A stretch of DNA of 58,697 bases from Candidatus Micrarchaeota archaeon (GTDB lineage: Archaea > Micrarchaeota > Micrarchaeia > Micrarchaeales > CABMGC01), in contig JAJYJW010000002.1 in the NCBI GenBank assembly GCA_021789155.1, positions 1 through 58,697 of the forward strand. The letters are read 5' to 3'. Below are positions 25,632 to 34,395 of the stretch, piece after piece; position 1 is the first letter of the stretch, and each line of letters starts with the position of its first letter. Both the position numbers and the translations under genes were made by a program. Under the pieces are notes generated by a model, which ran no database searches, had not been told where the DNA came from, and saw only the letters and a program-made list of their open reading frames with translations.

Positions 25632-26228
25632 ATGTATAACCTTAATCCTGTGGAATCTTGGAAAATGAGCTTCACAGATCCGAAAAGACATGACAATAAG
25701 CATTTTTGCTATATCGTGTGGGCACACCACGAACAATTTAATGAAGATTTCATGGCGGCTGTGGAAAAAGCCGGGAACAAAATGAATTACATCGACATAT
25801 TCAAAAATCCGGAATCGATAGCAAAAAGGCCTGTGATATCCGCATCAGTAATAACGAATGAACACACCCAGACATTTGGACAGACAGGTTACATACTAAG
25901 CGTTCCTGTGGAGAATATCCTGCTGCTAAGCCCAAGAGATATCAACATACTAGTTAAGGACAATGACGAAATGGAAAAACTAAGGATGAATAGAAAATTA
26001 TCGCTCAATGTGGCGAGATTCTTAGGAAACTGCAGCATGACATACAACGAGGTTGTAGTAGAAGGTACCACACCATTTGGAAAAGTTGAAATATCTGCAA
26101 TATTTTACAAACAAGAATCGTGGTACAATGAAGAAATGAACGAAGCAGCGCTTAAGCACGCGCTAAGATTGCAGGAAAAGGTGCCAAGTGCTCCAATAAT
26201 TAGGGTCATCTGCCAGGATATGCTGTAA
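25632..26228 (+). CDS. hypothetical protein (ORFan)
   Basis: 198-aa ORF, no motif recognised. Confidence 0.5.
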   Translation: MYNLNPVESWKMSFTDPKRHDNKHFCYIVWAHHEQFNEDFMAAVEKAGNKMNYIDIFKNPESIAKRPVISASVITNEHTQTFGQTGYILSVPVENILLLSPRDINILVKDNDEMEKLRMNRKLSLNVARFLGNCSMTYNEVVVEGTTPFGKVEISAIFYKQESWYNEEMNEAALKHALRLQEKVPSAPIIRVICQDML

Positions 26229-26237
26229 TGTACTAGG

Positions 26238-26870
26238 TTATTTCCTTAGGGACCTGTTTCTTTCCAAAATTACGCCTTTATTCCTCAGGCTTTCTGCCTG
26301 TTCCGCATTTATTTCTACCGCATAGTCCACATGCAACTCTTTCAGCATGTTTAATTTAAGTACTGCTTCAGGAAGTGCATCGAATTGGTTGTTTCTCATC
26401 CACAACTTCTCGAGCAAGGGCAACTTCTTGGCAAAATCAAATGGAAGGTCTTTAAGCGAATTACCCTCAATGCTGATGCTTGATACGTTCCTGAATCCGT
26501 ATGCGCATTTTGGAAATTCATCCAAGTGGAGGTTTTCCATTTCGAACGTTTTGGCGTTCATCTTTATCGATGGATTGATATCGTAAAGCACTCTGTTTAC
26601 CTGCTTTAACGTTGCGTAATCAACGCGTTCTTGCGAGTTGCAGGCATCTGCGAATATGCCTATGGTGAGCATTGGTCGGATTAGACAAGACACGATTACC
26701 TGTATTGGGACGAAGTTTGCATGGTATATTACCACCGGACCGTCCCCAAAGCGTTCATAATTAGCTTCAGACTTTTTGGAGTTTCGCATCGAATTTTTGA
26801 GATCGTATGCGTCGTGTTTGTTGATTATGCCAAGCATCACAATTACCTCCTGTTTGCGATTTTTATGCAT
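26238..26870 (-). CDS. leucine-rich repeat (LRR) protein, second family member
   Basis: ISIEGNSLKDLPFDFAKKLPLLEK / LWMRNNQFDALPEAVLKLNMLKE / LHVDY; same LRR type and same C-terminal placement as 1779-2570. Confidence 0.6.
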   Translation of the reverse strand: MHKNRKQEVIVMLGIINKHDAYDLKNSMRNSKKSEANYERFGDGPVVIYHANFVPIQVIVSCLIRPMLTIGIFADACNSQERVDYATLKQVNRVLYDINPSIKMNAKTFEMENLHLDEFPKCAYGFRNVSSISIEGNSLKDLPFDFAKKLPLLEKLWMRNNQFDALPEAVLKLNMLKELHVDYAVEINAEQAESLRNKGVILERNRSLRK

Positions 26871-27796
26871 TCCTCCCTTTCCCTCTCAAATGATGCGAGT
26901 ATGGTGCGTATTCCTTCTTGCAAAAGCGGTTTGTTTTCATCTAGTCTGAGAGTTTCGGCAGATTCGCCGAAACCGTGCAAATCTGTTCTGCTTTCAGCGC
27001 ATGCTTCACCCACTTGCATGAAAAATTCGTTCCAGAATATGTAACCGCGTTCGTTAAGCAGTATTAGCTTTCTTATGTTCTTATTCCAGAATACGCCCTT
27101 CTGATAGATGTCTAGGGGTGCCATAAGCTTATCATCCCTGTCTGCAATGTCCAATATCCTCAGGTCTTTGTCCATCCTTTTAATCAAGGCTATTATCTTC
27201 GGCGGGTCCACGATGGTGTTCAGATGCAAGCTATTCAGCCTAAGATGTACTGCATCTGCCAAGTCTCTCGAAGTGCTCATGCCATCGCGCCTTACCATCT
27301 CCTTGAGGATATTGTGCACGTAGAACATATGGGAAATGCGGGTGGAGGGGTTGTATGTTTTGACCATGGCAGATATCGAATTTGGAAGATTGACGTCGTT
27401 CATGTGCAAGCGCACCGCTGCAGACAGGGCAAACGCGAAAGAATTGTCTCCGATTTCCGCACCCATCTCAGTTTTGAAATACTTCCCTTGTCCGGTCTTT
27501 TGTACTGCACCGGAACGGCACAAAGATTTTTCGCAATAACGTTTTGGAGAAGAGGTATTGAAAAAATCCGTGTTTGCATTGCTTTCCTTAATGAACTTCT
27601 TGGTAGTCAAATAAAGTTCCCTGCTTGTGTACTCCTTGCCGGCATCCATCACAAAAAGCATTATGCCCTTTGGATCCGGAGATATCATGCTGCCGATTTC
27701 GTTAAGTCTTGAATTTTCATCATGGAGCTTTTCGAAAAAAAGGGATTTGCTCTGCATGATGACATTATTTATACATTCAATATTTAAAGCGTGCAT
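26843..27796 (-). CDS. hypothetical protein, translationally coupled to the LRR gene
   Basis: 317-aa ORF overlapping the downstream LRR gene start by 28 nt; no motif recognised. Confidence 0.5.
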   Translation of the reverse strand: MHALNIECINNVIMQSKSLFFEKLHDENSRLNEIGSMISPDPKGIMLFVMDAGKEYTSRELYLTTKKFIKESNANTDFFNTSSPKRYCEKSLCRSGAVQKTGQGKYFKTEMGAEIGDNSFAFALSAAVRLHMNDVNLPNSISAMVKTYNPSTRISHMFYVHNILKEMVRRDGMSTSRDLADAVHLRLNSLHLNTIVDPPKIIALIKRMDKDLRILDIADRDDKLMAPLDIYQKGVFWNKNIRKLILLNERGYIFWNEFFMQVGEACAESRTDLHGFGESAETLRLDENKPLLQEGIRTILASFEREREECIKIANRR

Positions 27797-27881
27797 TTGC
27801 TAACGTAATACCACGGTAAATTGGAAAAATATGCCAAACTTGGCGTAGCATTAAAGCTATAAATCAGAATATATTCAATCG

Positions 27882-28412
27882 ATGGATAAAAAGAATAAAG
27901 GTGCACATGTGCAGAAATTCAAAGTGCCTCTAGGCAAATTGCCCTCAAGCAAGATATCAACCAATTTTCCTCAGTTTAACGATCTGTTTTCGCAGCTTGT
28001 TGAAATAGAGAAACAGGTTAAAAAAGACCTAGAAACCGGAGCATATGCTAATTCTCCAAAAAGCGGCGTCATATATTTTGTAGATACTTTTTGGTTGGCA
28101 ACGAAAAATACCATAGACGCTTATGACCTCGCTTGCTCGAATACTTACGTATCTGAAAGAGACAGAAAGCAGGTTTATGCAGCATTGAAATTCGCGCAGA
28201 ATATCCTAGTGGTCCTCAATACCATAAAGAACAAAAAGACGCTGCAGGAAGCGATGAACAGGGAATGGATAGTAGCATCAGAAACTGGGCTCATTCTGTC
28301 TGAGAGGGAGGTAATACACAAGATGGTAGAGATTGCAGTAAGAGCGGCTAAACGGTTTGAGGTAGATCCATTGGGAACTACAATTGGTCTGGTAGAACTC
28401 AAACGAGAATGA
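27882..28412 (+). CDS. hypothetical protein (ORFan)
   Basis: 176-aa ORF, no motif recognised. Confidence 0.5.
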   Translation: MDKKNKGAHVQKFKVPLGKLPSSKISTNFPQFNDLFSQLVEIEKQVKKDLETGAYANSPKSGVIYFVDTFWLATKNTIDAYDLACSNTYVSERDRKQVYAALKFAQNILVVLNTIKNKKTLQEAMNREWIVASETGLILSEREVIHKMVEIAVRAAKRFEVDPLGTTIGLVELKRE

Positions 28413-28420
28413 CATACGAG

Positions 28421-29692
28421 TCATTCCGCGTAAGAAACTACCTTGTACTCTTTCCCGCCAGAAAGATGCTTTCTTATCTGCCAGAATAATGCAGCTGATG
28501 AAAGCACTATTACAGCGGCAACATAAAGGGGCGCTGCAGGCGATATCTGCGCGGCGAAGAAACCCGCTATAAGAGGAGGTATTGCCTGTGCTATAGCTAC
28601 AACGCTCGAATTCATGCCCAATACTTCTCCCTGTATGTTGCTATCTGCAGACCTGCTGACAATGGCAGGCAAATACGCCATCGTTATTCCGTTGAATAGC
28701 GAAAATATCGGTATTATGAATAGGAGTTGCCATGGCGCTGTTGGGAACACGTATACAAGAAGCATTATGCCCGAACCAAGAAGGGTTATGCCCAATATCT
28801 CATGCTCTTTGTTGTGCGGAAGTCTGCGAAGCACGAATAACTGCGTGATAGCAACGCATATGCCGACAAAAGCAAACATGTTGCCTATGTCTCCTTGCGT
28901 CCATCCGAATCTCCCTATATAGTAGACTGCAATGAAAGTCGTAAAGAATGTGAATCCTGCCTGGTACAGGAATATCGTAGATAGTATACCGCGTATGCTC
29001 TTGCTTTTGAGAGATTTCTTGATGTTGCTTAAAGATTGCATTATGTTGAGTTTCCTATCGCTGACCTTCTGGATAGTTTCCGGAAGCACGAAAATCACGA
29101 GCAGGGTTTCTATGAAACTGAGCAATGCGGCGAAGAAGAACGGAGTACTAGAAGTAAACCACGATACGATTTTAGGTTCTGATAACACTCCCCCTAGAAA
29201 AGGGCCTATTATGAACCCTAAACCGAAAGCTGCACCTATCAAACCGAAGTTTTTGGCCCTGTTTTCAGGTTTTGTAACATCTGCTATTGATGCCTGAGCT
29301 ATTGAGATGTTGCCCCCGGTTATCCCGTCTATCGCCCTTGAAAAGAACAGCAGGGGAATGTTTGATATTATGAGGCCTAATGCAAACAGCAGATAGGATA
29401 AGCACGTTCCTGCAACCGAAATCGCCAGGAGCCTTTTCCTTCCATACTTATCGGAAAGCTGTCCCAAAATAGGCGCTGCGAGGAACTGCATTATCGAGTA
29501 TGTTGCAAGCAGCAATCCAAGCAGTATGTAACCCATGCTCAAAGGAGTTCCCTTTGGCAACATGTAGTAAGATGATGCGGGATCAGCGAAAACAACCGTT
29601 ATCACAGGTATAAGTATGCCGAACCCTATCAAGTCAACGAATACGATGAAGAATATTATAGAAAGGATTCTTCGTTCTAACCCATCTTCCAT
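28421..29692 (-). CDS. MFS transporter (drug:H+ antiporter-like)
   Basis: About 12 hydrophobic segments; MFS loop 2-3 signature GQLSDKYGRKRLL. Confidence 0.8.
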   Translation of the reverse strand: MEDGLERRILSIIFFIVFVDLIGFGILIPVITVVFADPASSYYMLPKGTPLSMGYILLGLLLATYSIMQFLAAPILGQLSDKYGRKRLLAISVAGTCLSYLLFALGLIISNIPLLFFSRAIDGITGGNISIAQASIADVTKPENRAKNFGLIGAAFGLGFIIGPFLGGVLSEPKIVSWFTSSTPFFFAALLSFIETLLVIFVLPETIQKVSDRKLNIMQSLSNIKKSLKSKSIRGILSTIFLYQAGFTFFTTFIAVYYIGRFGWTQGDIGNMFAFVGICVAITQLFVLRRLPHNKEHEILGITLLGSGIMLLVYVFPTAPWQLLFIIPIFSLFNGITMAYLPAIVSRSADSNIQGEVLGMNSSVVAIAQAIPPLIAGFFAAQISPAAPLYVAAVIVLSSAALFWQIRKHLSGGKEYKVVSYAE

Positions 29693-29757
29693 ACTGAAAG
29701 CTTTAGAAGCATAAATATAAGCACTTTGCCCTTAGACAGACGCTCACGTAAGAAGGG

Positions 29758-30174
29758 TTATTGCCCGTATTTCTTTCTCGTTATCCTCAATTGGGCCAAT
29801 GCCCTGGTTATCTTGCTAGCCTCTTCGGAGTCTCTAAGGAATACCAGTGTGTCTACGTTGGTATTTTCGTTGTTTGCTACAAGTTGCTTTATCTCATCAT
29901 CAGGATCATTGCTTAGCTCATCTAACCTTATAGGGTCGGTGCAATTTGCGGCTTCAAGTCTTTTCGCTACAATGGGATCTTCGGAATTAGTTAGAGCGTC
30001 TGCACTCCTTACCGTTTTCAATGGCTCAGTGTCCTTTTCATCACGGAATGCGTTTGCGGCTTCCTCGTGAAGTTCATCAAGTATATCCTTGAAATCGGAA
30101 AACACTTCACTATCTGCTGCAGCATTTCTTTCAGCTTCTTCCTTGCTTATTTCCTTAAACACCAAGTTCACCAA
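29758..30174 (-). CDS. hypothetical acidic protein
   Basis: 138-aa Asp/Glu-rich ORF; the antisense ORF 29726-30070 is Ser/Leu-rich. Confidence 0.45.
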   Translation of the reverse strand: MVNLVFKEISKEEAERNAAADSEVFSDFKDILDELHEEAANAFRDEKDTEPLKTVRSADALTNSEDPIVAKRLEAANCTDPIRLDELSNDPDDEIKQLVANNENTNVDTLVFLRDSEEASKITRALAQLRITRKKYGQ

Positions 30175-30293
30175 TCCGATTGCTCATGATAGATTTAAAA
30201 ACAGACAACATTGATAGCGCACATCTATTGCCATTCAATCTTGGAAAACCGTAAATATCTGAACCAACCAATTAGGGATTACACGGTGAAAGT

Positions 30294-30908
30294 ATGGAAA
30301 TAGCAATAATAGGCAGTGGAAAAGTAGGGAAAAGCATAGGGACAGGATTGTTAAAATCAGGAAACAAAGTTGTGTATGGGTCAAGAAATCCTGCGCAGGC
30401 AACGGTGCCTGAAGGCGCTGCGAAAGCAAGCGTGGAGGAAGCGGCAAAAAAAGCAGAAGTGATATTCCTCGCTGTACCATATTCTGCGGTTAAGGAAACG
30501 ATTGCAAAGCTCAAGAATGCAGGAATCGCAGGAAAAACAGTCGTAGACGTTACAAACATAATCGGGCCTAACATGGAATGGGCCATGGGATTCAACAGCT
30601 CAGGCGCAGAGGAACTCGCAAAGGAATTGCAGGGAGTAGACGTGGTTAAGGCATTCAACACCGTATTCGCGGAACACATGTCAACAGGAAAGCTTAATGG
30701 CGAAAAACTCAGCCTGTTCATGGCAGGGGATAATCCGGCGGCAAAGGGCAAGGTTAAGCAACTGGCAGAACAGATCGGATTCGAAGCGTGCGACGCAGGC
30801 GAATTGAAGAATGCAAGATACCTTGAGCCTTTGGGATTGCTGATGATAAACCTAGGGTTCGGAATGAAGATGGGAACGAGGATAGGGTTCAAATTGGTAA
30901 AGGAGTAG
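30294..30908 (+). CDS. NADP oxidoreductase, coenzyme F420-dependent family (NpdG-like)
   Basis: N-terminal Rossmann motif MEIAIIGSGKVGKSIGTGLLKSGNKVVYGSRNP, about 200 aa, AVPY...VVDVTN pattern typical of this family. Confidence 0.65.
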   Translation: MEIAIIGSGKVGKSIGTGLLKSGNKVVYGSRNPAQATVPEGAAKASVEEAAKKAEVIFLAVPYSAVKETIAKLKNAGIAGKTVVDVTNIIGPNMEWAMGFNSSGAEELAKELQGVDVVKAFNTVFAEHMSTGKLNGEKLSLFMAGDNPAAKGKVKQLAEQIGFEACDAGELKNARYLEPLGLLMINLGFGMKMGTRIGFKLVKE

Positions 30909-31015
30909 AATTCGCAGGGCAAGCTTCAACGCTTGCCTACTTTGTTTGATTGCTATTCCTAATTGTAAAATGAGCGCGTGGCAACTTTTATTAATACGCG
31001 TCTTACATTAAATCT

Positions 31016-31825
31016 ATGGTAGTGAAACCCTACATTGGAGTTACCGGAGCAAGCAGCGTAATAGAGGTTAACGGGATTCTTGCCGCATTCGAAAACATGC
31101 GCATAACCATGGATTCTCCTTTTTTGCCTATGCTTGGCGTTCAGGTTTCACACAAAAGTCTTTTCACTGGGAAGAGCGAAGGCAACCTAAGGGTTCCTGA
31201 AATGGCAGAAGTCCCGAATATCCTTGCGGCAGTAAAAGGCAAGGCGTTCTCGACCATACATTACTACACAGTCAATGTAGACAAAATCGTAGAAGAAATA
31301 ACGACGCTTATGGAATACGGCCATATTTACGATAAACGCTTGGTAAACGGATTGCAATTGAATATTTCATTGCCACAGCCATCGGAGATAGACGCGATAA
31401 AGAAGAGATATCCGGATATTGCAATAACTATACAAATTGACTACAAAAACATGGACAAGAACATGATCGAACTCTATTCGAACATACTATCAAAATGCTA
31501 CGCCAACGTAGATTACATTCTTTTGGATGCATCATTGGGAAAGGGCGTTGAATTGAACCCAAACGTTGTTAGGGAAGCCTACGACTCTTTCAAAAATTCA
31601 AAATCAAATGCAACGATAATCGTTGCCGGAGGGATAGGCCCTCAAAATGTGGAAGAAATAGCGACTGCACTCAAGGCGATGGCAAGAGGCGATGCTTTTG
31701 GAATTGATGCTGAAGGAAGATTGAGGGACAAAGTCGGAGATGGTTACGGCAACGACAAACTCAACATGCAATATGTTAACGGATATCTCGCTGGAGCGAA
31801 GAAGGTCCTGTGCAATAAGCTTTAA
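31016..31825 (+). CDS. TIM-barrel-like protein, weak resemblance to phosphoribosylanthranilate isomerase
   Basis: IGVTGASS..., ILLDASLGKGVELNPNV and IIVAGGIGPQNVEEI...GIDAEGRL loosely parallel TrpF blocks (LLDs..GGtG, lAGGl.peNV, GvDvsSG); the function is uncertain. Confidence 0.45.
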   Translation: MVVKPYIGVTGASSVIEVNGILAAFENMRITMDSPFLPMLGVQVSHKSLFTGKSEGNLRVPEMAEVPNILAAVKGKAFSTIHYYTVNVDKIVEEITTLMEYGHIYDKRLVNGLQLNISLPQPSEIDAIKKRYPDIAITIQIDYKNMDKNMIELYSNILSKCYANVDYILLDASLGKGVELNPNVVREAYDSFKNSKSNATIIVAGGIGPQNVEEIATALKAMARGDAFGIDAEGRLRDKVGDGYGNDKLNMQYVNGYLAGAKKVLCNKL

Positions 31826-31855
31826 ATACATTTAAACTCTAAGTGTGTTGCATAT

Positions 31856-31951
31856 GGGCGCGTAGCTCAGCCTGGTTAGAGCGATGGTCTTATAGTTAGA
31901 ACCATCTAATATGAAAGCCATAGGTCGAGAGTCCAAATCTCTCCGTGCCCA
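31856..31951 (+). tRNA. tRNA-Ile (anticodon UAU) with 21-nt intron after position 37
   Basis: Cloverleaf folded by hand. Acceptor GGGCGCG/CGTGCCC, D arm GCTC-AGCCTGGTTA-GAGC, anticodon stem ATGGT/GCCAT. Loop CTTATA[intron 31895-31915]A; T arm GAGAG-TCCAAAT-CTCTC; discriminator A. The anticodon region tata can pair with intron tatg next to an aaa bulge (BHB-like). TATA-like tttaaataca lies about 30 nt upstream. Confidence 0.7.
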
Positions 31952-32017
31952 TACGTTTCTTGCTGCAACATACAGCATATATTTTATATTGTTCCTGCGA
32001 AATAGTAACACCCTCAT

Positions 32018-32138
32018 GGCGGGGTAGCTCAGCCTGGTTAGAGCGCTAGACTCATATGCTAAGCAATATGAGTGATGAGCTTTATGCTATGATTGCTAAG
32101 AAATCTAGAGGTCGCGTGTCCAAATCTCGCCCCCGCCA
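32018..32138 (+). tRNA. tRNA with anticodon CAU (elongator Met or Ile2) with 46-nt intron
   Basis: Acceptor GGCGGGG/CCCCGCC, identical D arm, anticodon stem CTAGA/TCTAG. Loop CTCATA[intron 32057-32102]A; T arm GCGTG-TCCAAAT-CTCGC (one U-U mismatch); discriminator A. G1-C72, so not an initiator. Intron boundaries are inferred from the cloverleaf only. Confidence 0.7.
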
Positions 32139-32230
32139 AACGGTTCTTATCCTTAGATTTTCGCATTGCAGAAGCAAACCACCATTCAATAATTATTTAT
32201 ACCAATTCCAGACAAAGTGAATTTGATTAA

Positions 32231-33817
32231 ATGGTTGAGATTGAGAAAACAAGAAGCGCACACGTAACCGAGGATCACACTCTTGAAAGCCTGCTTAAAC
32301 CTTATCTGAAGGAAGATCCGGCGCTTTTGACCAAGGTAAAGCTCCTCATGATTTCAACCGTAGACGGAAGGTACAGGGACAAACTCGAGCGCTTGGCGGA
32401 ATCGTACAGCGAATACTCGCTGATAAAGAGGCGCATAGAGATAGAGGTTGCATATTTGCTCGCGCTGGAAAGGACCGGCATAATCATGGAAAAGGGCGCT
32501 GATGGAAAGATGAAACCAAGGCAATTCACTACAGAAGAAGTCAATACGCTAGAATCTCTAGGCAAGGGCATAACCCTTGATCAGGCAGCCAGGATAAAGG
32601 ACATAGAAGACGTGACGAAACACGATGTCAAGGCGATGGAAAGGGGAATCGGCGAATTCCTGAACGGCACCAGCCTCGAGAGCATAACCAATTACGTGCA
32701 CTACGGGCTTACGTCTGAAGACATAAACAACATCTCATACAGGCTTAACTTAAGGGAAGCATTGCAAGATGTTTGCATACCTAAGCTAAACGAACTGGTA
32801 AACATATTGATAACGAAATCGAGGCAGTATCGCGATGTTCCAATGCTTGCGAGAACCCACGGACAGCCAGCGCTTCCCACAACCCTTGGAAAAGTCTTTG
32901 CGGAAATGGCGGTCAATCTGTCGTATGACGTGAAGGAACTGGAGGAAGCGGTTTCAAAGGACGGCTTCCTGACTGGAAAGCTCAACGGCGCAGTGGGAGA
33001 CCTCAATGCACTCGCGTTCACCTCGCCTAACGTAGATTGGATAAAATTCTCCGCGAACTTCGTAAGGTTCTTCGACCTCAAGCCGAACCTTGTAACGAAG
33101 CAGATAAACCCATACAGGGACATAGTGAAAGTTCTCCAGATAATAGACAGGATAAACGGAAGCATGCTGGACATAGAGCAGGACACGTGGCGCTACATAA
33201 GCGACAAATGGTTCATATTGACGAAAGGCAAAGGGGAAATAGGCTCTTCGACAATGCCGCAAAAAACGAATCCGATAGACCTTGAAACAGGGAAAGGCAG
33301 CCTTGAGATAGCTGATGCGATACTGTCAGAACTAAACAAGTCCTTGATGGTAACGCGCCTTCAGAGAGACGTTTCGGACAGCACCAAAATGAGGGACATA
33401 GGCTTCGCATTGGGAAGAAGCTTGCTAGCATATACAAACGTGGCTAACGCATTCAAGAAAATATATCCTGATGTTGGGAAGATGAGCGAAGCGCTCAATG
33501 AAGACTGGAGCATACTGACAGAAGCGGTACAGACATTATTGAGATTGAACGATGTCAAGGACCCATACTCGCTCGTAAAGGATTCCCTTCCGGCAAGCGG
33601 AAAGATACAAGGAAAGGAAGAATGGGTTTCATGGATAAACAGCCTCCAAATAGAGGATAGATTCAAGGAAAAGCTGCGTGATTTAACTCCTGAAAAATAC
33701 ATAGGGCTTTCAAAGAGGCTTACTGACATCGGCATGGCAGAAGTCCTTGGAGATACAGAAATAGTTGATTCCGCATACGATTGGAAGAACAACGCGTTCA
33801 AGGCAATACGAAACTAA
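32231..33817 (+). CDS. purB: adenylosuccinate lyase
   Basis: Fumarate-lyase superfamily signature GSSTMPQKTNPIDLE (as in E. coli-type PurB GSSTMPHKVNPIDFE), TSEDINN and ARTHGQPALPTTLGK blocks. Confidence 0.85.
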   Translation: MVEIEKTRSAHVTEDHTLESLLKPYLKEDPALLTKVKLLMISTVDGRYRDKLERLAESYSEYSLIKRRIEIEVAYLLALERTGIIMEKGADGKMKPRQFTTEEVNTLESLGKGITLDQAARIKDIEDVTKHDVKAMERGIGEFLNGTSLESITNYVHYGLTSEDINNISYRLNLREALQDVCIPKLNELVNILITKSRQYRDVPMLARTHGQPALPTTLGKVFAEMAVNLSYDVKELEEAVSKDGFLTGKLNGAVGDLNALAFTSPNVDWIKFSANFVRFFDLKPNLVTKQINPYRDIVKVLQIIDRINGSMLDIEQDTWRYISDKWFILTKGKGEIGSSTMPQKTNPIDLETGKGSLEIADAILSELNKSLMVTRLQRDVSDSTKMRDIGFALGRSLLAYTNVANAFKKIYPDVGKMSEALNEDWSILTEAVQTLLRLNDVKDPYSLVKDSLPASGKIQGKEEWVSWINSLQIEDRFKEKLRDLTPEKYIGLSKRLTDIGMAEVLGDTEIVDSAYDWKNNAFKAIRN

Positions 33818-34374
33818 CCTAAGATTCGCTTGCGCAGGGCTGCTCGCGCAGCCCTTGATTGCACTGCTCCATCAAGTATGAATCTAGGATTTCCAGAAAA
33901 CAGCTTGTTCGCGATTTCTATGAATCTGTCGAAGTTCACCGCAACCGGAACTACCTTCTCGCTTGAATCGTTCTGCCCTTTCAGTTTACCTGCACATTCT
34001 CTTGCCACGAACCAATATCCTTTCCAGTCAATGTGCCACGGATTCATGTCGTCGAATCCCAGTAATTCCCAATCCTTTGACTTAAGCCCAGTTTCCTCGA
34101 ATAGTTCCCTTTTAGCGGCGGATAACGGTTTTTCGCCCCTATCGCATCTGCCCCCAGGAAGCCAGTAATGGCTCTTTATCCCTGGCTGAGTTTCCTTCGT
34201 AACTATTATCTTCCCATTAAGAACCGCTATCACGTTGACGCTGTACAATCTTGTTGCTTTCTCGAATGTTGAATAGGAGCCATCGAATTGCTTCTGCTCC
34301 CACTGGTAGACATCGAACATTATTCCATTGAATACGCGCTTCGCGCTTTTCGGAACAGCACCCATGAACAACAT
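33814..34374 (-). CDS. NUDIX hydrolase
   Basis: Nudix box GGRCDRGEKPLSAAKRELFEETGL. Confidence 0.75.
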   Translation of the reverse strand: MLFMGAVPKSAKRVFNGIMFDVYQWEQKQFDGSYSTFEKATRLYSVNVIAVLNGKIIVTKETQPGIKSHYWLPGGRCDRGEKPLSAAKRELFEETGLKSKDWELLGFDDMNPWHIDWKGYWFVARECAGKLKGQNDSSEKVVPVAVNFDRFIEIANKLFSGNPRFILDGAVQSRAARAALRKRILG

Positions 34375-34395
34375 TAATGCTTCCCATGGAATGTT

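Noticed and set aside
31832-32017. 61-aa minus-strand ORF between the TIM-barrel gene and purB
   Set aside because: It overlaps the whole tRNA-Ile(UAU) gene on the opposite strand, and the tRNA cloverleaf is far better supported.
32057-32102. Possible C/D-box guide sRNA inside the 46-nt intron of the CAU tRNA (gtgatgag fits the C-box RUGAUGA)
   Set aside because: No D box (CUGA) and no convincing C'/D' pair are present in the intron or the immediate exon context. A single C-box-like heptamer is expected by chance often enough. Left as unproven.
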